From Planctomycetota bacterium (GTDB taxonomy: Bacteria; Planctomycetota; Planctomycetia; Pirellulales; Pirellulaceae), in NCBI GenBank assembly GCA_003695565.1, contig RFIQ01000144.1:1-38176 (forward strand): 38,176 nt of DNA, read 5' to 3'. Under the pieces are notes generated by a model, which saw nothing but the letters and a program-made list of their open reading frames with translations, did no database searches and had not been told where the DNA came from. The translations under genes and the position numbers were made by a program. Of the stretch, positions 9,794-19,558 are shown piece by piece (the first letter of the stretch is position 1; every line of letters begins with the position of its first letter).

Positions 9794-11032
9794 TTAGGGA
9801 CCAACTTGATAGGCCAAGGCATCCGGAATCCAGGGATCCCGTTGAGCCACCAATGGAGTGTCCCCCGTGCGGTAAATCAGCAGCCCCAAAAACACCGATA
9901 CCATTCCGATCCAACCGACCAGATGGCCGATCAGCAAGAGTCCGCTGAAGTGGATTTCATCGGTGGGCAGCAACACGAACATCATGTCGACCCAGTGCAT
10001 CACCAAAATGAAAACTCCCCAAAATGCCATCAGCGGGCGGCTGCGACGGACTTTGCGAGCCATGGTTCCCAGGAACGGAATCGCGAAATGACCGGCGATC
10101 AATACCAACCCCACGTATTGCCAACCGTGGTTCATGCGATCCTGGTACCACTGAGTCTCTTCGGGGATATTGCCGTACCAATACAGCAAGAACTGGGAAA
10201 ACGCGATGTAAGCCCAGAACACGATGAACCCGAACTGGAATTTCGCCAGGTCGTGAAAATGCTCGGTGTTGACCTGTCGCTGCAACCGGCCAGCCCGCTG
10301 CAACGCATAGCAAGATACGATCATCATTGCGAAGAAGCTGAGCATGCTGGCAGCGAATAGGTAGACGCCGTAAATCGTGCTGAACCACTCAGGATCGGTC
10401 GACATCATAATGTCAAAGGCGCCGAAATTCGTCGCCAAGGCAGTGAAGATGATCCCGGGTCCAGCCCATTTCTGGCACTTGAGCGTGATCGATGCATCGC
10501 CCGTTTCGTCCTGCTTGCGGCTCATGCCAAAGAAGTACCGGGCGCACAGAACCCACACGGCGAAGTAAACGAAGACACGAATCGTAAACCAGAACGGGTT
10601 CAAGTAATCCAGTTTCTTTTCGACGATGGCCGAGACGTTGCCGGACCCGGCATTCCACGGGTACAAGGCGGGGCTGTCCGTCCACCAAACCATCGCCAGG
10701 ATCGGCAGAAACAACAGCAGCCACCAAGGGATCATGTAGGCCAGCAATTCGGCGACGCGGCGAATCGTGGCACTCCATGCCGCCCGGGCCACGTGCTGGA
10801 TCATGACGAAGAACAGTCCGCCCAGGCAGATGCTCAGGCAGAAAATGAAGTTCGCCAAATAGGAATGCAGGAAGGCCGAAAACCCAACCGATCGATTTTC
10901 TTCACCTCCGACGAAATAGCACATGCCGGCGCTGAGCAGGACGCAAATCAATCCTACCGCCAGCAGCATGGGAGCCTTGCCGCGCCACCCACCGGGAAGA
11001 GTCAGGTCTTCGCTTGAACTGTTCGTTGCCAT
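9794..11032 (-). CDS. actF: Alternative complex III subunit ActF (membrane subunit 2)
   Basis: About 10 TM helices; WFSTIYG, EHFHDLAK and FWAYIAFSQFLLYWYGNIPEETQWY. Confidence 0.93.
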   Translation of the reverse strand: MATNSSSEDLTLPGGWRGKAPMLLAVGLICVLLSAGMCYFVGGEENRSVGFSAFLHSYLANFIFCLSICLGGLFFVMIQHVARAAWSATIRRVAELLAYMIPWWLLLFLPILAMVWWTDSPALYPWNAGSGNVSAIVEKKLDYLNPFWFTIRVFVYFAVWVLCARYFFGMSRKQDETGDASITLKCQKWAGPGIIFTALATNFGAFDIMMSTDPEWFSTIYGVYLFAASMLSFFAMMIVSCYALQRAGRLQRQVNTEHFHDLAKFQFGFIVFWAYIAFSQFLLYWYGNIPEETQWYQDRMNHGWQYVGLVLIAGHFAIPFLGTMARKVRRSRPLMAFWGVFILVMHWVDMMFVLLPTDEIHFSGLLLIGHLVGWIGMVSVFLGLLIYRTGDTPLVAQRDPWIPDALAYQVGP

Positions 11033-11159
11033 ATCTGCTACCTGAATCCAAGGATTCGTTCGTTGTTCCCACTGCTCTCATGCCGTCACCGGCGGGTCGC
11101 TGCCGGATGACGGGTGTTGTACCCACCGGCACCTGGTCGGCCGGTTGTCGGTAACCGAT

Positions 11160-12689
11160 CTATCGATTCGTCGTGTCGTCGCCGCGGGCCGACGCCAGGT
11201 CTGCGTCGGCGGGCACATCCTCTGGCCGCGCATTCTGGCTCCGCTGCAGCACGCGGACGTAGGCCACAACGGCCCACCGCTCGCGCGGCGTCAAGGCATC
11301 CGCATAAGGGGCCATTTTGCCTTTTCCGTGCGTGATGGTGTAATAAATTCTGCCCACTGGTTGATCGATAATCCGCTGCTCATGCAGGCTGGTTGGTTGC
11401 AACCAATACCCCTGTGCCAATTCCGTCGCACGTCGCGACACCAGCCCATCGCCGTAACCGGCCAAGCCGTGGCACGCTGCACAATTCTGTTCAAACTCGC
11501 GCCGCCCCACCTCGATCAACTCGGCATCAACCGGCAAGGGAAACCGCTCGAGCCAGGCATAATTGGGCTCGCCCTCGGCAGCCGGCCCAGCCCCCGCGTC
11601 GCCTTCGTCCTCCGCCGTCGTGGGTGCCTGGTCCCCGGCGGGCTTACTAGGCGCTTCCCCTGCTTGCTCACTGCTGGCATCTGCCGTCGCGGAAGCTTGT
11701 GGATCATCGGCGGCCGACGTATCGGGTTGAGGCGGCGGAGGCGCGGGCGGCTCTTCGATCGGCTCTTGGCTCGCCGAATTCTCCTGCTGGTAGCTGACCA
11801 TTTGCACGTTCACAGCAGCCCCTTTACCCATGGCAACTCCCTCGGGGTCGTAGCCCAGCAGGAAGGGGTCGTTCGGACCGAGTTCCCCGCGTGCGACCGT
11901 ACCAGGTACCGGAGGACGCTGGACGCGGCCGTCGGCGAAAATCGTCGTTGGCTGCTGAGCCTTGCGGGATGGCTGGAAATCCATGTCGAAGAAGATGTGC
12001 CACCGCGGATAGGGACTGCGCGAATTGCGCATATTCAGCACAATCGCTCCGGGTATCAGGGTGATCAGAATCAGCACAGCGATCCCCGCATAAATCGACT
12101 TGGGGACCTCGGTGGGACTATCGTCCTCCCAAACCTCCTCGACGGCCTTGGCGCCAGTCGCTTCCAGCAACTCCCTGACCTTCTCTGCGTTGAAATACTG
12201 GTCGCGCGAATCGACCCACAGGAAGAAGCGGTCATCGGTGGCCCGATCGAATTTCGGGTCGGTGAACACCGGGTTGTTGAACTTGGGCAAGCCATTCAGC
12301 CCCAGCATGGCGAACACGGTCATGAAAGCAGCGAACAGGACCGTCAGCTCGAAAGTCACCGGAATGAACGCCGGCCAACTGGCGTAGGGCTTGCCGGATA
12401 TGATGTAAGGGTAATCGAAGGCATTGGTCCACCATTGCAGCAACAGCGCCACGGTGGTTCCGGTCATCCCCGCCACCAACGAGAACCAGGGCAACCGCGT
12501 GCGGCGGATATTCAGCGCCTCGTCGATTCCATGCACGGGAAAGGGCGTGAAAGCATCGATGCGAGAGTACCCCGCGTCGCGTACCTTGCGCGCTGCATCG
12601 AGCAACTGGTTCTCGTCCTCGTACTCCGCCATCCAACCGAACGACCGAGGCGGACGAATTTTTTTCTGCTTAGGCTGATGTTCGCTCAT
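11160..12689 (-). CDS. actDE: Fused ACIII ActD (DUF3341) and ActE (monoheme cytochrome c)
   Basis: N-terminal half has DAFTPFPVHGI and GKP...PAFIPVTFELTVLF (ActD); C-terminal half has DMDFQP, PVPGTVARG, CAACHG and GKGKM (ActE). Confidence 0.9.
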   Translation of the reverse strand: MSEHQPKQKKIRPPRSFGWMAEYEDENQLLDAARKVRDAGYSRIDAFTPFPVHGIDEALNIRRTRLPWFSLVAGMTGTTVALLLQWWTNAFDYPYIISGKPYASWPAFIPVTFELTVLFAAFMTVFAMLGLNGLPKFNNPVFTDPKFDRATDDRFFLWVDSRDQYFNAEKVRELLEATGAKAVEEVWEDDSPTEVPKSIYAGIAVLILITLIPGAIVLNMRNSRSPYPRWHIFFDMDFQPSRKAQQPTTIFADGRVQRPPVPGTVARGELGPNDPFLLGYDPEGVAMGKGAAVNVQMVSYQQENSASQEPIEEPPAPPPPQPDTSAADDPQASATADASSEQAGEAPSKPAGDQAPTTAEDEGDAGAGPAAEGEPNYAWLERFPLPVDAELIEVGRREFEQNCAACHGLAGYGDGLVSRRATELAQGYWLQPTSLHEQRIIDQPVGRIYYTITHGKGKMAPYADALTPRERWAVVAYVRVLQRSQNARPEDVPADADLASARGDDTTNR

Positions 12690-12755
12690 GATTTGCTCTG
12701 AACCAGCTATGAACCGCGTTCCAATGCACTGCCTCTACATCTGTCGACAAACCGC

Positions 12756-14174
<1,419 letters not shown>

Positions 14175-14268
14175 GAGATTACCAGAACACAATAAGGATT
14201 AAGGTTCAACTCGTTCGTCGCTATCTCTCCGGAACCACTCGGGGCTCCTGCTCCCTCCGCTGCCGCGC

Positions 14269-17200
14269 TCAGTGCTCGGCGGCCGTTCCCTCCGCACCAG
14301 CATGATCACTGTCGCCGTGGGGGGCGGCCGACGCGCCGGGCTGATGGCCGTCGCCGTTGGCATGGTGATCGCCGTGACCGCCATGCCCGTGCATGAATTC
14401 CTGGGCTTCCTTACGCTGCTCCACGGTACGCAATCGCGGATGTGGATTCCGCACACGAGCCAAGTACAGCGTCCGGGGTTTGATGTTCAACTCGGCCAAC
14501 ATCGCGTACGCGCGGGGATCCTCTTGCAACCGGGCCACACGCGTCGATCGGTCCTTAATGTCCCCGAACACGATGGCCTGGGTCGGGCAGGCTGTCTGGC
14601 AGGCCGATTGGACTTCGCCGTCCTCGATCCGCCGCCCTTCCCGCCGCGCGTCGATCTTGCCATTCTGAACGCGCTGGATGCAGTACGTGCACTTCTCCAT
14701 CACACCACGGCCCCGCACGGTGACCTCCGGGTTGAGCACCAATTGCTGCAGCTTGCGGTTGGCGGTTTCCATCTCATCCCGCCGCTCCCAGCCATAAAAA
14801 TACCCGTACTCGGTGTTGTAATTGAAGTAATTGAACCGACGGACTTTGTACGGACAGTTGTTGGCACAATACCGAGTCCCAATGCATCGGTTGTAGGCCA
14901 TGGCATTGATGCCTTCCTCGGTGTGCACCGTCGCCGCCACCGGGCAAACCTGCTCACAGGGAGCAGTCTCGCAATGAGCACACGCCACCGGCTGGTTAAC
15001 CATTTGCGGTGCATCCACACTTCCCCGGAAGTAACGGTCGACTCGAATCCAATGCATCTCACGACCGCGGCTGACCTGTTCCTTGCCCACCACCGGGATG
15101 TTGTTCTCGGCCTGACAAGCGACGACACAAGCATTGCAGCCAGTGCACTTATTCAAGTCGATGGTCATGCCCCACTGGTACGGAACCGTCTCGTCCCGCT
15201 CGAACTTCTCGATCGGCTCCTCCCACAACGACTCCAACCGAGGGTGATGCGTCCCGAGCGCTTCGACGAAGTCCTTACCTCCCTCTGCAATCTGCTCGGC
15301 GGTTCCCTCGCGAACCAGGATGCCAGCCCGCTCCTTGGTCACCTCCAAACCGCGTTTGTCGATGCTGAAGTGATCCTGCGTGGTCGCCAGCTTGTAGGGA
15401 ATCGATGTCGCCCGCGCCTCGACATCGGTCAGTACGTACTTGTTGGCCAGCGTGCGGAGTGGCGACACGTCTGTGCCGACCACCACCTCGGCGTCACTCT
15501 TGACCGCTTCGTCGCGGCACACGCGTCCATACCCCAGATGCACGGCGATCGACCCGAAGGCCTGCCCAGGCATCACGAACACCGGCAACTCCAACCGCTG
15601 TCCGCCATGAGACAAGGCTACGATTTCGTTTTGCGCCAACCCCAATCGACTGGCCGTTTGCGGCCCGACGATGGCCGCATTATCCCAAGTCAGCTTGGTC
15701 ATCGCCTGGGGCAATTCCTGCAGCCATACATTCTTGGCGAAGCGTCCGTCGTAAACCGCGTCGCTGGGGACGAACACCAACTCCAATTGCCCATTCTCCA
15801 GCGACTCGACATCGAGTGTACCGACTGGCTTCTCATCGCCGATCTGCAACTCTCCACTGATGGGCGATCTACTGGCACCAGCCAGGAAACCGTTGTGCAA
15901 CGTTTCGCGCCAGACCCGGGAGGGCAGGGCCCCTTGAATCCCATTGGCTGTGGCCCGCACCACCTCCTCACCCGAAACCGGATTCGCCATCAAGGCGGTC
16001 AGAACCTCGGGAACGGTCTTGCCGCCCAACAACGGCAGGATTTGCGGCTGGCAGACCCCGTACGACCCGTCGACACCCAACACATCCCCCCAACTTTCCA
16101 GAGGATGAGCCAGCGGAATCGACCAGGCGCAGTGAGCGGCCGTTTCGTCATCGAATTCGGCACAATAGACGACATGCTCCAGCCGTTGCAGCGCCTCCCC
16201 CAGCTTGACATCGCCGGGAGCGGCGTAGACGGGGTTGTCCCCCAGAATCCACACCGTATCGACCTGGCCGCCATCGATCGCTTCGACGAGCTGCCCCAGG
16301 CCGATAGGATCCACGCCTGGAATGGCCGAACGACTGGGCATCAACTGAACCGTGTGGCCGATATTGCCCAATTTCTGATTCAACCGCAGAGCCGTCGTTT
16401 GCACATCGACCGGCAGATGACTGCCGACCGACACCAGGCTCGCCCCCTGGTTGGCAACCAGGTCCTCGGCCACCGCCTCGATGAAGCGCTCGACCTGTTG
16501 GGCCGGACTGATCTGGTCGAAGGCGGGTTCGTCGCCGGCCCCCGCCGGAGCCGCACCACCGGCCAACAACTCGTCGACACGCTGCTCGATCCGCACCAAC
16601 AAAGCCCCCATGTGGCTGGATCGCACCGGCACGCGGGTATCCGCCGTCGCTCCGGTGACCGAGTACCGCGACTCGGCCGCATACAGTCGATTCATGCCGG
16701 GACCGGCCGCAGCGCGGCCCTTGGAGAACTGCCGCGAGTACAGCACCATATTGGGATCATTGCCCAACAAATCACAATCCAGACAACAAATAACTTTGGC
16801 CGCCGACAAATCGTACAGCAACTCGGCAGGCTGCCCCGCGGCCTTCGCACAGGCCTCCCGCTGCGACTCGTCGTCGACCGACGCGTACTGAGCAACCCGA
16901 GCCTGGGGCAACTGGCGAACCACCTCGGCCACCAATCGGTTGACCGACGGCGACAGAGACGGAGCCATCAAGATCGCCAACGACTTACCGCCACCCTCCA
17001 TCAACTCCTTCCAATGCTGGCTCGCATAGGCAACAAAATCGTCCCATGCCCCCGTCGTAGCCTCCCCATCCCGCCGGCGAACGATGCGATCCAACCGATC
17101 CGGGTCGTACAGCCCCAACACACAAGCCTGCGAAAACACATCCGTTCCAGCACTGGCAAACCGCTGATTTCCATCGGACAGATCATTGGGCTCGGAAGCC

Positions 17201-17607
17201 TTCATCACCGGATGATCGGGATTGCCCTCGACTTTGATCGGCCGACCATCGCGGTTGGTCACCAACAAGTGCACGGCACGACCAGCCAATTCAAAATTGG
17301 TCGCGTAGCGCTTGGGCACCCCAGCCACGGTATTCTCAGGCCGAATGACGAACGGAGCCAGCTCGACCGGCCCGTAGCGACACCCCGCTGCGCCACTCAG
17401 TGCGATCGAGGCGCTCATCAACTGCAACCAGCGACGCCGCGACACGCCCTCGGGAAACTCCGACGCAGCCACCGGGAATTCTCGATCCAGGAACTGCTGG
17501 AACTCAGCCGATCCCTCCAACTCGCCCATACTCCGCCAGTAACCATCACTGGCAGCAGGAGATTCGACTTGAGCCTCAGCGCCCGACTTGCTTGGATTCG
17601 ATTGCAT
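14269..17607 (-). CDS. actB: ACIII ActB: Tat-exported molybdopterin-oxidoreductase-like fold fused to an Fe-S domain
   Basis: YWRSMGEL leader, Tat motif SRRRWLQL, AAGC lipobox, GRPIKVEGNPDHP; Fe-S motifs CTGCNACVVAC, CAHCETAPCEQVCP, CIGTRYCANNCP and CTYC...CQTACP. Confidence 0.95.
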   Translation of the reverse strand: MQSNPSKSGAEAQVESPAASDGYWRSMGELEGSAEFQQFLDREFPVAASEFPEGVSRRRWLQLMSASIALSGAAGCRYGPVELAPFVIRPENTVAGVPKRYATNFELAGRAVHLLVTNRDGRPIKVEGNPDHPVMKASEPNDLSDGNQRFASAGTDVFSQACVLGLYDPDRLDRIVRRRDGEATTGAWDDFVAYASQHWKELMEGGGKSLAILMAPSLSPSVNRLVAEVVRQLPQARVAQYASVDDESQREACAKAAGQPAELLYDLSAAKVICCLDCDLLGNDPNMVLYSRQFSKGRAAAGPGMNRLYAAESRYSVTGATADTRVPVRSSHMGALLVRIEQRVDELLAGGAAPAGAGDEPAFDQISPAQQVERFIEAVAEDLVANQGASLVSVGSHLPVDVQTTALRLNQKLGNIGHTVQLMPSRSAIPGVDPIGLGQLVEAIDGGQVDTVWILGDNPVYAAPGDVKLGEALQRLEHVVYCAEFDDETAAHCAWSIPLAHPLESWGDVLGVDGSYGVCQPQILPLLGGKTVPEVLTALMANPVSGEEVVRATANGIQGALPSRVWRETLHNGFLAGASRSPISGELQIGDEKPVGTLDVESLENGQLELVFVPSDAVYDGRFAKNVWLQELPQAMTKLTWDNAAIVGPQTASRLGLAQNEIVALSHGGQRLELPVFVMPGQAFGSIAVHLGYGRVCRDEAVKSDAEVVVGTDVSPLRTLANKYVLTDVEARATSIPYKLATTQDHFSIDKRGLEVTKERAGILVREGTAEQIAEGGKDFVEALGTHHPRLESLWEEPIEKFERDETVPYQWGMTIDLNKCTGCNACVVACQAENNIPVVGKEQVSRGREMHWIRVDRYFRGSVDAPQMVNQPVACAHCETAPCEQVCPVAATVHTEEGINAMAYNRCIGTRYCANNCPYKVRRFNYFNYNTEYGYFYGWERRDEMETANRKLQQLVLNPEVTVRGRGVMEKCTYCIQRVQNGKIDARREGRRIEDGEVQSACQTACPTQAIVFGDIKDRSTRVARLQEDPRAYAMLAELNIKPRTLYLARVRNPHPRLRTVEQRKEAQEFMHGHGGHGDHHANGDGHQPGASAAPHGDSDHAGAEGTAAEH

Positions 17608-17716
17608 GTTATCGCTTCGCTACTTATCTGAAACAGCCAAAGGCTACGTACCTGAGCACCATCAGCGGGACCGATCGGCGCCGACCACGGCACTCGCAGT
17701 GCCAGCCGGCATTGCA

Positions 17717-18409
17717 TCAGCGGTGACAGACCGCACAGTTATCGCGGGGATGAATCCCCTTTTCTTCCATCAACCGCCGGCCAATCTCGGCCCGCGTCCC
17801 CTCCTCCGGATCCGGCTCCCAATCCAACTTGGTCACCAGCTCAACCGGCCGAATATGCCCCTCGGGGTGCCGATGACAATCGATGCACCACGCCATCGAC
17901 AACTCCTTGGCCTGATACACCTTGTCCATCGTGTCGATCCGACCATGACAGGTAACGCAACTGACGCCGCGATTGACATGGGCGGAGTGATTGAAAAACA
18001 CAAAGTCTGGCAAACGATGAATCCGGACCCAAGGCACCGACGCGCCCGTTTCCCAGCTCTCGTGCACCGCCCGCAGTTTCTCACTGGCTGGATGCACCGA
18101 GGCGAATTTAGTGGCACCGTCCGGACCAAACGGACTGTGGCAATTAATGCACTTAGATGTCGGCGGAATCGTGGCGGCAGCCCCCTTGTCCACATTCACG
18201 TGGCAGTACCGACAGTCCATCTTCAACTCGCCCGCATGAATCTTGTGACTGAAGGGCACCGGCTGAGTCGGTTGGTACCCTGGATTCAGGGTCAAATCAT
18301 CCGTAGCGCCGAGGAACAAGATCACCGCATAGGTCGCGCCGCACAGTGCAAACACTCCCAACATCGGCACAAACTTGTTCGTCCAACGCGGAAATAAGAA
18401 TCGATTCAT
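17717..18409 (-). CDS. actA: ACIII ActA pentaheme cytochrome c
   Basis: Five CxxCH motifs (CRYCH, CINCH, CVTCH, CIDCH, CAVCH), QPVPFSHKIHAG and LPDFVFFNHSAH; start set at MNRFLFP. Confidence 0.94.
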   Translation of the reverse strand: MNRFLFPRWTNKFVPMLGVFALCGATYAVILFLGATDDLTLNPGYQPTQPVPFSHKIHAGELKMDCRYCHVNVDKGAAATIPPTSKCINCHSPFGPDGATKFASVHPASEKLRAVHESWETGASVPWVRIHRLPDFVFFNHSAHVNRGVSCVTCHGRIDTMDKVYQAKELSMAWCIDCHRHPEGHIRPVELVTKLDWEPDPEEGTRAEIGRRLMEEKGIHPRDNCAVCHR

Positions 18410-18685
18410 GACTCGTATATTCGCAAAGTGGATGCGCAAAAAGAACCAGTCAGCCCACCGCCGCTGGCGGGCGTTTTCACCCAAAGCCGGTCACCCCGGT
18501 CCGATATGCAGGCCGCGTCGGAAAAGATCCATGGGCCGAAAAGGGCGTTGGCCATGACCCACAGCGGTCCGGCGGCGCAAGACGCGCGGGAGAGGGGGAA
18601 TGAGGTATCTCACCACCGCACCATCCCCTACGTTCCGCTCGTCGGGCAAGCCCGCCTATCGCGACAATACCCGCTGCGACCGCGT

Positions 18686-18714
18686 AGTATCCGTATCTAC
18701 CGGCCGCCTGTTAA
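18686..18714 (-). promoter_or_regulatory. Putative sigma70 promoter of the act-cox operon (TTAACA-N17-GATACT)
   Basis: On the minus strand, -35 TTAACA (18714-18709), a 17-nt spacer and -10 GATACT (18691-18686), pointing toward actA. Confidence 0.45.
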
Positions 18715-18747
18715 CCCCAATCTCGGCATCCACAGACGCTCTGCCCC

Positions 18748-18764
18748 TGTGACAAATGGTCGCA
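18748..18764. promoter_or_regulatory. Palindromic operator TGTGAC-N5-GTCGCA (RegA/RegR-box-like)
   Basis: Near-perfect inverted repeat with a 5-nt AT-rich spacer, about 35 bp upstream of the putative -35. Confidence 0.4.
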
Positions 18765-18984
18765 TATTGCCCTTGCATTGGTTTTGCTTGGCGCCCGCTG
18801 TCACCTTTTCCGCTTCCCGAACACTCTCATGGTGTAGGCGATGCGTTCAGTGCCTGGCCCGGGGCCATTGCCCGAAACCGCCCAGTCCCGCGGTCACGGG
18901 GCGTGCCCGCGTCGTATCCCCCTCAAATTAGGAGGCCGCTTCTCGAGCATCCTCTAGGTTTGCTGGTTCTCGACGAGAGCATTT

Positions 18985-19180
18985 ATGGGAAACAACGCCG
19001 CTCATCTCGTCCGGCGGTTCCAGACCGGTGATCGCGAGGCCTTCGCCGAGCTCGTCCGCCGCTATCAGAACTACGTTGCCTCGATCGCCTACAGTCCCAC
19101 CGGTGATTTTGCCCGGAGTGAGGATATCGCGCAACCAACGTTCTTGACCGCTTGGCAGCGCTCCCCGCAACCGGCAATCA
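18985..19180 (+). pseudogene. Truncated ECF sigma-70 factor (region 2 fragment only)
   Basis: LVRRFQTGDREAFAELVRRYQNYVASIAYSPTGDFARSEDIAQPTFLTAWQR fits ECF regions 1.2-2.2; similarity then stops and no region 4 HTH appears before the stop at 19293. Confidence 0.75.
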
Positions 19181-19558
19181 GGCCGCTGTATCATCGAGCC
19201 CAAACAATCCACACCCTGGTGGCAACACCGAATCCGGTCAAAGCGCCGCGTCGTAGCGTGGGCCCGCGAGGAAAATTCCTAAGCTCACCATAATTGAAAA
19301 TCCAAATCGTTTCGCGACTGATGGCCAGACGGGACGGCGGTTGGATCGACGTGGCCGATCTTCAGCGCGTACAATCATGGCCATCACCAGTCGCCAGCGC
19401 ACGAAACGCCGGCCTGACTTACACCTTCCTACCCCCAGACCTGAAAATCCGGCCTGTCGGATTAACATCGAAAGGCCTTTGTCTGCTGGAAGCGCTCAGG
19501 TGCCCCGCTCCCCCAGGTTCAGGTCATTACTAAGAAACGCCAACAAGTTGCGACTAAA

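Noticed and set aside
11145-12701. 518-aa antisense ORF, and similar shadows over the cox genes, actC, actA and DUF1552
   Set aside because: Fully overlap well-supported genes on the other strand and show no family motifs
14269-17607. ActB as an active molybdoenzyme
   Set aside because: In characterised ACIII the B1 domain binds no molybdenum cofactor, and the operon context identifies this gene as ActB
14272-17631. 1119-aa plus-strand ORF antisense to actB
   Set aside because: Codon-register mirror of actB with no recognisable motifs; typical shadow ORF of a GC-rich gene
19294-19533. 79-aa ORF between the sigma remnant and the sulfatase
   Set aside because: TTG start and no recognisable motif; may be a gene remnant but cannot be supported
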